Source of the DNA: an uncultured virus (IMG/VR IMGVR_UViG_3300042540_000681)
Lineage: Duplodnaviria > Heunggongvirae > Uroviricota > Caudoviricetes
Length of the DNA: 20,000 nucleotides
Direction: 5' to 3' (one strand)
Virus record (IMG/VR): IMGVR_UViG_3300042540_000681
Location: 53,574 to 73,573 of that record
Of this stretch, positions 8,745-15,658 are shown piece after piece; within the stretch, counting starts at the first letter, position 1; every line of letters begins with the position of its first letter. The position numbers were made by a program, and so were the translations under genes. The notes beneath the pieces are model-generated. The model did no database searches. It was not told the origin of the DNA and saw only the letters and a program-made list of their open reading frames with translations.

Positions 8745-10087
8745 TGGAACATATTTGCGGAAGTGATAATTTTGGTGAAGGTTGGTTTTCTTATCCCAAT
8801 CTTTACTCTAGAGTTGCAAAACGATTTCCTTCGGGAAGTCGTTTCGTAGAAGTTGGTTGTTGGAAAGGTAAATCGGCAGCATATATGTGCGTTGAGATTG
8901 CCAATTCCAATAAGGACATTGAGTTCTTCTGTGTAGATACTTGGGAAGGAAGTGTTGAGCACGAAGGAATGAAAGAGTTGCCAAAACTCTATGATATTTT
9001 TATTGACAACATGAGACCTGTTGAGCAATATTATTTTCCTCTCAAGATGACTTCTCTTGAGGCAGTAAATAAATTCAAGGATAATTCTCTTGACTTTGTT
9101 TTCATTGATGCTTCTCATGAGTATGAGGATGTTAGAGATGATATTATTGCTTGGTATCCTAAAGTCAAACCAGGTGGAATTATTGCTGGTCATGATTATT
9201 ATCACGAAGAATACGATTGGTTTCCAGGTGTAAAACGAGCAGTTAATGAATTGCTGACTGAATTTATTTCCGATGAAAAGTGCTGGATTCACTATAAACC
9301 AGATCCATCTAAACTGAAAAATCTACCTCCAGTTCATTATATTAGTGTTGAGTATTGTACCGAAAGAAGAGAAAAACTACATCAAAAGTTTGCTCAGTTT
9401 GGTATTGAGAATATTACAGGTCACATTTTTCAAAAGTATGATGATACTCAGCACGAAATTATATCAGATTATATTGATTATCTGACTATCGGTAGTAGAG
9501 GTCCTGTTACTTCACACCTGAAGGCAATTAAAGAATGGTATGATAATACTAAGGAGGAAGTTGCTTTCTTCTGTGAAGATGATTTAAGTATGGACTTAAT
9601 CCAATATTGGAACTTTACTTGGGATGATTTTTATAATAGTCTTCCTGATGACTGGGAGATTGTTCAACTTGCTTGGTTGAGGTATGAGTTTAATACATTT
9701 AAGATTGGTTTCCGCAATCGTTGTTGGTGCGATTGGTCTGGTTGTGCGTATCTTATTAAAAGAGGATTTGTCAAAAAACTAATTGATACATATTATTATG
9801 ATGGTAAGTTTCATCTAGATGTAAAAGGTGAGGATATTCATCTTAGAGAAGATTGGGCAAAGGTTCCTGTAATTGAAACAATTATATTCTCAGCATTAGG
9901 TAAAGTCTATACTGCTCCCTTATTCACTGAAGATTTGAGTTTCCTACCTTCATATCTAGACCCAAATACAGAGGAGGGAAAGAAACAACCAATTCACGAG
10001 GCTCATTATGAATCTTATGACAATAATGTAGATTGGTGGAGAAATATTGGTTCTACTCAAACAATTGAAGAATTTATGAGGGAATGA
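8744..10087 (+). CDS. Methyltransf_24-like methyltransferase + GT25-like glycosyltransferase fusion
   Basis: FVEVGCWKGKS, VDTW.GS, LDFVFIDASHEYE and KPGGIIAGHDY, then PVHYISV...RR..., SHLKAIKEW and FFCEDDL. Confidence 0.8.
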   Translation: MEHICGSDNFGEGWFSYPNLYSRVAKRFPSGSRFVEVGCWKGKSAAYMCVEIANSNKDIEFFCVDTWEGSVEHEGMKELPKLYDIFIDNMRPVEQYYFPLKMTSLEAVNKFKDNSLDFVFIDASHEYEDVRDDIIAWYPKVKPGGIIAGHDYYHEEYDWFPGVKRAVNELLTEFISDEKCWIHYKPDPSKLKNLPPVHYISVEYCTERREKLHQKFAQFGIENITGHIFQKYDDTQHEIISDYIDYLTIGSRGPVTSHLKAIKEWYDNTKEEVAFFCEDDLSMDLIQYWNFTWDDFYNSLPDDWEIVQLAWLRYEFNTFKIGFRNRCWCDWSGCAYLIKRGFVKKLIDTYYYDGKFHLDVKGEDIHLREDWAKVPVIETIIFSALGKVYTAPLFTEDLSFLPSYLDPNTEEGKKQPIHEAHYESYDNNVDWWRNIGSTQTIEEFMRE

Positions 10088-10133
10088 TTAATAAACTAAT
10101 AAAAATGAACAAAATTACTAATCGCATAAAATA

Positions 10134-13013
10134 ATGAAAAATAACAAACTTGAAAACTTTCCATCAGTCTACTATGTTTCATTAGAAGAAAGCGTAGATA
10201 GGCAGCAAAATTTAGAGAAGCAGTTTGCCGAATATGGAATTACTCCAAAGGCAGTTATATCCAAAAGATATTCTGAGTCTGATGATGAAATTACCGGAAA
10301 ATTTTTAGACCAAATGAATGGAGGGACAATTGGTTGTGCAGTCTCTCACATTAAGGCAATTCGTAGATGGTACGAAGAAACCGATGAAGATTATGGATTC
10401 TTTTGTGAAGACGATTTAAGTCTTGAAACCATTCAATATTGGGACTTTACATGGGAAGAGTTTATTGAAACAATTCCCGAAGATTCCTTATATGTGCAGT
10501 TACTAGTAATCAGAGATAACTATGAAACATTTGAAATAAGAAAAAAATTATGGGATGATTGGGCGGCAACTGCATATATTCTTACACGAGATTATGCAAA
10601 ACTCTTGATTGATAGCTATTGTCGGGGCGAAAAAAAGTTTCATCTTGAAATTCCCGGTGTTAATAATTATGCAGTTCCTCTGGTTGAAAATATTTTATTT
10701 GAAACAATTAATAAAGGTGGTTCCGTAATTCCTTTATTTGTAGAAGATATCAAGTTTGCTACTACATTTTCCCCAGAGGAAGATGGGGAAGTTGAAAATA
10801 ATCAAAAAAGAGGTCATTATGAGTCAAGAGAAACTGTTCTAAATTATTGGAAAAACAAAGAACAAATGAAATCATTTGCAGTTGAGAAAGTAGAAGAAAA
10901 AGAAGAAGAACCTCAAGATTTTACGATGAATCAGATTGAGTATCTTCTTACACAATATACTAATGACCCAGAAAATGCCGAAAATAATCTCAAAGTGGGT
11001 GCTTGGTATTGGAATCAAAGGCATACTGCACCTGCACTTTCATACTTTTTAAGATGTGCAGAAAGAGCAGAAGATCCAAATCTTGCTTATGAGGCACTAT
11101 TATGGGCTCATTTTTGCTATGAAATGCAAGGAACAAGAGATTTGACTTCCCGTGGTTTACTTCAACATGCAGTATACACCTTACCAAATCGTCCAGAAGC
11201 ATATTATCTTCTTGCTAAGTTTCATAGTAAGAGAGAGCAGTGGACTGATGCTTATATTATAGCAACTCAGGGTTTGAATTTAACAGAAAAGGATTTACCT
11301 CCACTTAAACATGATGTTGGATATCCTGGAACTTATGGTCTTCTGTTTGAAAAAGCAGTTTCTGGTTGGTGGTGGGGTAAAAACGAAGAGTCTGGTTTAA
11401 TCTTTAAGGATTTGTATGAGAACCACGATATGCAAAATGAGTATCGTGGTTCGGTTTTGGACAATCTTAAAAAGTATTTTCCAAGTTATTTGGTTCCGGA
11501 CAATTTTGATTGGGGAGGAACAGATCCAGAATATGCTCAGATGTTTACCAATGAGAATTTTATTGAGAGAACATATGAGAAACATTGTCGTATTAAGACG
11601 GGAGACATTGTAATTGATGCCGGTGCAAACTGCGGTTCATTTACATATTCAATTTTAGGTAAAAATCCCAAGCAAGTATATTGTGTTGAACCTTCCAATA
11701 CTCTTATTCATTCTCTGAAAAAGAATGTTGGGCATGGTCCAGTAACTTTCATTAATAAGGCAATTTCAGACTTTGAAAGTGATAGTGTTGTGATTGCTGA
11801 TAGGGGTGTCTACATCTATGAAAATAATGGAAATGAATATTCCACAACAACATTTAAAAAGATTATTGAAGAAAACAACATTACCCAAGTTGATTTTTTA
11901 AAGATTGATTGTGAAGGTGGAGAGTATTCTATTTTTACGAAAGAAAACTACGATTTTATTATTAAAAATGTCAAGCACTGTGCTGGAGAATGGCACATTA
12001 ATGACCATAAAGATGCAATAGAGAGGTTCATTGAATTCCGAGATTTATATCTCACCAAATGTAACTTACTTCACGTTTATGAAAGAAGCGGTAAGGAAGT
12101 TACCGAACACATCTTTGATGATACCTACCTCTACGGATTCAGAGAATATTGGAAAGATACTTATCTTGGACAGTTTATTATCTACTTTACCTTTAATAAT
12201 TCAACCGAAGATAGTGTAGATGTTGTTGAAGTCAGTGAAAGTGAGAAAATAGACATTATTCTTCAAGGTAAATATACTGAATACACTGATGAGATTATTG
12301 ATGAGTATTTAAGAGTACCTTTTGTAAATAATATAATCGTTTCTTGTTGGGGGGATGATAGGCCCGACCATTATCGCTCACCAAAAGTTAAATATGTTAG
12401 AAGTGTATATCCATTAACTCCGGGAACTTGCAATAAAAATTTACAGATTACAACATCTTTTGCCGGAATTAAACTCTGCGAAACAAAGTTTTCTGTAAAG
12501 ATGAGATCCGATCAAAAATATAATTACAATAGTATGATGAGTATGTATGAATTTTTTATGAAAAATCATACAAATGATAATATTTTTGTTGCAGGAATGT
12601 TTCCTTCATTACTTTTTCATCCAAGAGATCACATTTATTGGGGAGAAACAAAGGATCTTTATTGCTTGTTTGATATTCCTTTGGAGTATAATAGTCTTAT
12701 TGATAAAGTTCGTATTGGAAAATATGAACTTGCAGAATATTCAAACTATTTGACACGACCTGAGACTTATATTGGAGCACATTACTGTGCTAAATTTGAT
12801 GACTGTGTTAAGAAAATGCTGATTGAACCTGAGAAATACCTTTATGATGATGCAATTAATTGGCAATATGCTAAGGATTTTAGTGATAGAATAACTCCTT
12901 TAATTTTTAAATCTTTTTCAAGAAAATGTATAGATTTTGATTGGACCTGCAAACCGGGATTTACAATTCAATCATATCTGGATGTCTGTTCTTGGCACGA
13001 AGATGGTTTTTAA
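10134..13013 (+). CDS. Multidomain protein: GT25-like + TPR + FkbM methyltransferase + WavE-like domain
   Basis: VYYVSLEES.DRQ, GCAVSHIKAI and FCEDDL (GT25-like). AYEALL and PNRPEAYYLLA (TPR). VIDAGANCG, VEP and FLKIDCEGGE (FkbM). IDIILQG, NKNLQITTS..G, KMRSD and FHPRDHIYWG (WavE-like). Confidence 0.8.
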   Translation: MKNNKLENFPSVYYVSLEESVDRQQNLEKQFAEYGITPKAVISKRYSESDDEITGKFLDQMNGGTIGCAVSHIKAIRRWYEETDEDYGFFCEDDLSLETIQYWDFTWEEFIETIPEDSLYVQLLVIRDNYETFEIRKKLWDDWAATAYILTRDYAKLLIDSYCRGEKKFHLEIPGVNNYAVPLVENILFETINKGGSVIPLFVEDIKFATTFSPEEDGEVENNQKRGHYESRETVLNYWKNKEQMKSFAVEKVEEKEEEPQDFTMNQIEYLLTQYTNDPENAENNLKVGAWYWNQRHTAPALSYFLRCAERAEDPNLAYEALLWAHFCYEMQGTRDLTSRGLLQHAVYTLPNRPEAYYLLAKFHSKREQWTDAYIIATQGLNLTEKDLPPLKHDVGYPGTYGLLFEKAVSGWWWGKNEESGLIFKDLYENHDMQNEYRGSVLDNLKKYFPSYLVPDNFDWGGTDPEYAQMFTNENFIERTYEKHCRIKTGDIVIDAGANCGSFTYSILGKNPKQVYCVEPSNTLIHSLKKNVGHGPVTFINKAISDFESDSVVIADRGVYIYENNGNEYSTTTFKKIIEENNITQVDFLKIDCEGGEYSIFTKENYDFIIKNVKHCAGEWHINDHKDAIERFIEFRDLYLTKCNLLHVYERSGKEVTEHIFDDTYLYGFREYWKDTYLGQFIIYFTFNNSTEDSVDVVEVSESEKIDIILQGKYTEYTDEIIDEYLRVPFVNNIIVSCWGDDRPDHYRSPKVKYVRSVYPLTPGTCNKNLQITTSFAGIKLCETKFSVKMRSDQKYNYNSMMSMYEFFMKNHTNDNIFVAGMFPSLLFHPRDHIYWGETKDLYCLFDIPLEYNSLIDKVRIGKYELAEYSNYLTRPETYIGAHYCAKFDDCVKKMLIEPEKYLYDDAINWQYAKDFSDRITPLIFKSFSRKCIDFDWTCKPGFTIQSYLDVCSWHEDGF

Positions 13014-13026
13014 TATAAATTAAATA
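13014..13026 (+). promoter_or_regulatory. Possible T4-type late promoter (TATAAAT / TTAAATA)
   Basis: Lies in the gap upstream of glutaredoxin, ahead of a GAGG SD. Confidence 0.4.
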
Positions 13027-13049
13027 TACTTACTAAAGAGGAAAATAAA

Positions 13050-13286
13050 ATGAACTTTGCCGTATATACTAAGAATGATTGCCCATATTGCTATAAAGTC
13101 AAACAGGTACTAGAGTTGACAGGAAAGAACTTTGTGGTGTATAATTTGGGAGATGACTTCACTAAACAAGAGTTCTATGCGGAGTTTGGGGAAGGTTCTA
13201 CATTCCCACAAGTTATTTGTGATGATAAAAAACTTGGCGGATGTACTGATACTGTTAAATTTCTGAAGGAACAACAGATTGTATAA
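13050..13286 (+). CDS. nrdC: Glutaredoxin
   Basis: CPYC active site, TFPQV and LGGCTD. Confidence 0.92.
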   Translation: MNFAVYTKNDCPYCYKVKQVLELTGKNFVVYNLGDDFTKQEFYAEFGEGSTFPQVICDDKKLGGCTDTVKFLKEQQIV

Positions 13287-13462
13287 TGCCAGACATAAAT
13301 AATAGCATAACACCCAATCGTGGTGTAGAACTTATACTTACTGGAGGAAAAAGAAAACAACCTAAACTTTTTCATCTTATATTCGAGAAGATAATTTCCT
13401 TTTTCAAACGAGAAGTAACCATCTATCTTGAATTTTCGATAAAGTCAAGGAAAGTCGAGTAG
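13286..13462 (+). CDS. Small hypothetical protein, 58 aa (MPDINNSITPNRGVELILTGGKRKQPKLFH...SRKVE); not in ORF track
   Basis: ATG overlaps the nrdC TAA (TAATG) and the ORF fills the gap to the next gene. Resembles the small gene that follows nrdC in T4-like cyanophages. Confidence 0.7.
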   Translation: MPDINNSITPNRGVELILTGGKRKQPKLFHLIFEKIISFFKREVTIYLEFSIKSRKVE

Positions 13463-13480
13463 TTTCCCAGGAGAACAAAA

Positions 13481-13726
13481 ATGTTGGCAACTAGTTTAGT
13501 TATAGGTTCATTCTTAACCGTACTATTTTTTGTAATGGGTCTATTGTTAGGTTGGGTCAGTAGAGAATATATGATGACTCATCAGGAAGGACCAAAGCAA
13601 ATTGCCTATCATCCGGAGTTTTATAATAAGGACGGAGATCTTATTGATGAAGAAATTGTTTCTGTAAGATTTGAGCCAGGATATTTTGATGATGGAGATG
13701 AAGATCTTGACGACGATGAAGAATAA
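13481..13726 (+). CDS. Small membrane protein with acidic tail (cyanophage-type hypothetical)
   Basis: AGGAG SD, N-terminal hydrophobic helix, HPEFY..DG and a D/E-rich C-terminus. Confidence 0.8.
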   Translation: MLATSLVIGSFLTVLFFVMGLLLGWVSREYMMTHQEGPKQIAYHPEFYNKDGDLIDEEIVSVRFEPGYFDDGDEDLDDDEE

Positions 13727-13729
13727 ACT

Positions 13730-13736
13730 CTAAATA
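13730..13736 (+). promoter_or_regulatory. Possible late promoter (CTAAATA)
   Basis: Intergenic, upstream of ATG 13769. Confidence 0.4.
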
Positions 13737-13768
13737 TCATTACAATTATAATTACATATTAAACAATT

Positions 13769-14350
13769 ATGACAGCGACAAAGGCAAAAGCAAAACCAAA
13801 AACAACCGCCTCAGTAAACGAAGATTTACCGGCAAATCCTTTTGTATTTGAGATTTTAAATCTTGTATCCAAGCAGAGGACCAACATTAAAAAAGTTGAG
13901 ATTCTGAAAAAATATGCAGATCCATCACTCAAAGCAATTTTTATTTGGAACTTTGATGAGAGCGTAATATCTGCTCTTCCAGAAGGAATTGTTCCATACT
14001 CAAGTGTTGGGGAGCAAAATTCATTCAGCGGAACTCTAAGTGAAAAAATAGAAGATGCCGTGGGTAAAATGAGTGAAATGGGTTCTAATTCACTTGGTTC
14101 TCAAGACCAAGGATTTTCTTCAATTCGTAAAGAGTACACTAGATTTTATAATTTTGTAAGAGGTGGAAATGATGGACTGAGTTCTCTTCGTAGAGAAACA
14201 ATGTTTATTAATGTACTGGAGGGTCTTCATCCTCTAGAGGCAGAAATTCTATGCCTAGTAAAGGATAAGAAACTTCAAACTAAATATAAGATTACAAAAG
14301 AAATTGTTGCTCAGGCATATCCAGAAATTGTGTGGGGAGGTCGTTCGTGA
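13769..14350 (+). CDS. Conserved T4-like cyanophage hypothetical protein (DUF6433-like)
   Basis: LP.NPFVFEIL, IWNFDESVISALPEG.VPY and RRETMFINVLEGLHPLEAEIL.LVKDK.L. Confidence 0.8.
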   Translation: MTATKAKAKPKTTASVNEDLPANPFVFEILNLVSKQRTNIKKVEILKKYADPSLKAIFIWNFDESVISALPEGIVPYSSVGEQNSFSGTLSEKIEDAVGKMSEMGSNSLGSQDQGFSSIRKEYTRFYNFVRGGNDGLSSLRRETMFINVLEGLHPLEAEILCLVKDKKLQTKYKITKEIVAQAYPEIVWGGRS

Positions 14351-14700
14351 GTAGAGTTCGTAATGTAGAAAGCAATATCACCGAGGAGAAAACTACTATG
14401 GAATGGACTCCGGAAGAAAAGAAAGATATTCCTCCTCGTTATGGGTGTGAGATTCTGATTGAAAACGCATCACTTGCTCAGGTTAAAGATCCTTCTTTTC
14501 CTAATGATGCATATATCGTATCTTATACATTAAAGGGAAACTCTTATATGGATTTGTGTCGTGGTACAAGAGTTAAAATCTTTGATATGTATTATGATAA
14601 GTTCGGCCCAGATGTAGTTACAAAAATTGATTGGGGATATGGAAGAGTGTCTCCTAAGATTTGGGGATACAGAGCACCCGAAAAGAAAAAGAGAAAGTGA
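14347..14700 (+). CDS. Cyanophage-type hypothetical protein
   Basis: Start is GTG 14347 (GTGA overlap) or ATG 14398 (GAGGAG SD). Motifs DLCRG..V.IFD.YYDK and GYG.V.PK.WG. Confidence 0.75.
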   Translation: MSRVRNVESNITEEKTTMEWTPEEKKDIPPRYGCEILIENASLAQVKDPSFPNDAYIVSYTLKGNSYMDLCRGTRVKIFDMYYDKFGPDVVTKIDWGYGRVSPKIWGYRAPEKKKRK

Positions 14701-14782
14701 TTTCCCATATCGGGCAAAAAAATTCCCCCAAAATTTTTGCTCCTTAAGGTTTTTAAAACAGTAGCGTACTGATACATTTTTA

Positions 14783-14796
14783 GTATCGGTTGCTAC
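14783..14796 (+). promoter_or_regulatory. NtcA-type binding site GTA-N8-TAC
   Basis: GTATCGGTTGCTAC matches the established NtcA consensus and overlaps the -35 of the promoter below. Confidence 0.65.
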
Positions 14797-14818
14797 TTTT
14801 TTGATTTTGTGGTAATAT
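14790..14818 (+). promoter_or_regulatory. Sigma70-type promoter for the riboswitch / micro-ORF unit
   Basis: TTGCTA (14790-14795), 17 nt, TAATAT (14813-14818). The predicted TSS of about 14825 sits just before the aptamer. Confidence 0.6.
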
Positions 14819-14825
14819 ATATTGT

Positions 14826-14927
14826 ATCGTTCATCTGGAATAATCCAGACGGAAGTAAGCCGACGCGGAACGGATCGTTCATTCGCTATTCGCAAATAGC
14901 GAACGCAAACGCCGACTGAAGGAACGC
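14826..14927 (+). ncRNA. Glutamine riboswitch-like leader (glnA-motif class), doubled or nested aptamer
   Basis: ATCGTTCA, P2 hairpin TCTGGA/TCCAGA, CGGAAGTAAG ... CTGAAGGAACGC are glnA-motif hallmarks (P1 CGTTC/GAACG, E-loop AGTA/GAA). A second ATCGTTCA and a 9-bp hairpin lie inside. Located upstream of a YRGV peptide gene. Confidence 0.8.
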
Positions 14928-14958
14928 TCTTTAACCTAAAAACTAAGGAGAAAACCTA

Positions 14959-15093
14959 ATGTCACAAGTCGTATATCGTGGTGTCTCTTATGACACCGAA
15001 GTTCGTCGCCAGCAACAACAGCAGGCGCAACAGCAACCCCAACAGTATAATGAGACTTATCGTGGGGTTAAGTTTGTAAAGGAGGCGAAGTGA
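14959..15093 (+). CDS. DUF4278-like YRGV peptide, 44 aa (MSQVVYRGVSYDTEVRRQQQQQAQQQPQQYNETYRGVKFVKEAK); not in ORF track
   Basis: AAGGAG SD at 14945-14950. Two YRGV motifs, typical of the peptides found downstream of glutamine riboswitches. Confidence 0.85.
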   Translation: MSQVVYRGVSYDTEVRRQQQQQAQQQPQQYNETYRGVKFVKEAK

Positions 15094-15191
15094 TGAAAAA
15101 ACTCAACTTCCTACAACTTATCAAAGAACAAAAACAAAAAGAACAGCGTCGTCATTTAGCACAATTAGCACAACTAATCGGAGCAAAATAA
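15093..15191 (+). CDS. Micro-ORF, 32 aa (MKKLNFLQLIKEQKQKEQRRHLAQLAQLIGAK)
   Basis: TGATG overlap with the upstream stop, AAGGAGG SD inside the upstream ORF, basic helical sequence. Confidence 0.7.
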   Translation: MKKLNFLQLIKEQKQKEQRRHLAQLAQLIGAK

Positions 15192-15277
15192 TGGCAAATC
15201 TCATAGTCTCAATGAGTGCCGGAATAGTTCTTTTGACTATTATTTTATCAATGTATATTCAGTGGCTTTATAAGTGA
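15191..15277 (+). CDS. Micro-ORF, 28 aa single transmembrane peptide (MANLIVSMSAGIVLLTIILSMYIQWLYK)
   Basis: TAATG overlap, GGAG SD, and a stop just before the terminator. Confidence 0.6.
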   Translation: MANLIVSMSAGIVLLTIILSMYIQWLYK

Positions 15278-15286
15278 TATTTTTCT

Positions 15287-15318
15287 AAAGAGAGGATTGA
15301 CAAGTCCTCTCTTTTTTT
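15287..15318 (+). terminator. Rho-independent terminator
   Basis: Stem AAAGAGAGGA (15287-15296) / TCCTCTCTTT (15305-15314), running into a T7 tract (15312-15318). Confidence 0.8.
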
Positions 15319-15325
15319 GTATAAT
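15297..15325 (+). promoter_or_regulatory. Perfect consensus sigma70 (early-type) promoter
   Basis: TTGACA (15297-15302), 17 nt, TATAAT (15320-15325). Confidence 0.85.
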
Positions 15326-15346
15326 CAAAACAGAATATTAATCTAA

Positions 15347-15490
15347 ATGGATAAGGACAAACTTAAATTAATTATTCGGAATATGGAACTGCTCTTGGAC
15401 GCACTCAAGGCAGAAGTATATCCAGATACTCAGCAATATAAGTATGATGATATTCGTCCAGAAGAAGTTGACTATGATGAGGTTTTTTAA
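15347..15490 (+). CDS. Small hypothetical protein, 47 aa (MDKDKLKLIIRNMELLLDALKAEVYPD...DYDEVF); not in ORF track
   Basis: First ORF after the consensus promoter. Resembles the small gene upstream of thyX in T4-like cyanophages. Confidence 0.75.
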   Translation: MDKDKLKLIIRNMELLLDALKAEVYPDTQQYKYDDIRPEEVDYDEVF

Positions 15491-15493
15491 CTA

Positions 15494-15658
15494 ATGTCTT
15501 TAAGAGCAAAAAAACTTGTAAAATTGTTGGAAAGATTGATTAGGCAGGACCACCTATATTCCGATGAACAACTTAAGCAAATGAAATCACAACTGCGAGT
15601 TGTAAAAGAAGAACTTGCGGAACTAGAAGCAAAAACATCAAAAGGATTTGGAAAATGA
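15494..15658 (+). CDS. Small coiled-coil hypothetical protein, 54 aa (MSLRAKKLVKLLERLIRQDHLYS...TSKGFGK); not in ORF track
   Basis: GAGG upstream, ATGA overlap with thyX, C-terminal KGFG motif. Confidence 0.75.
   Translation: MSLRAKKLVKLLERLIRQDHLYSDEQLKQMKSQLRVVKEELAELEAKTSKGFGK

Noticed and set aside
14530..14895. 121-aa minus-strand ORF
   Set aside because: Antisense to a credible gene and to the riboswitch, with no recognisable motifs.
14826..14927. tRNA gene
   Set aside because: No cloverleaf, T-loop or CCA end. The motifs fit a glutamine aptamer better.
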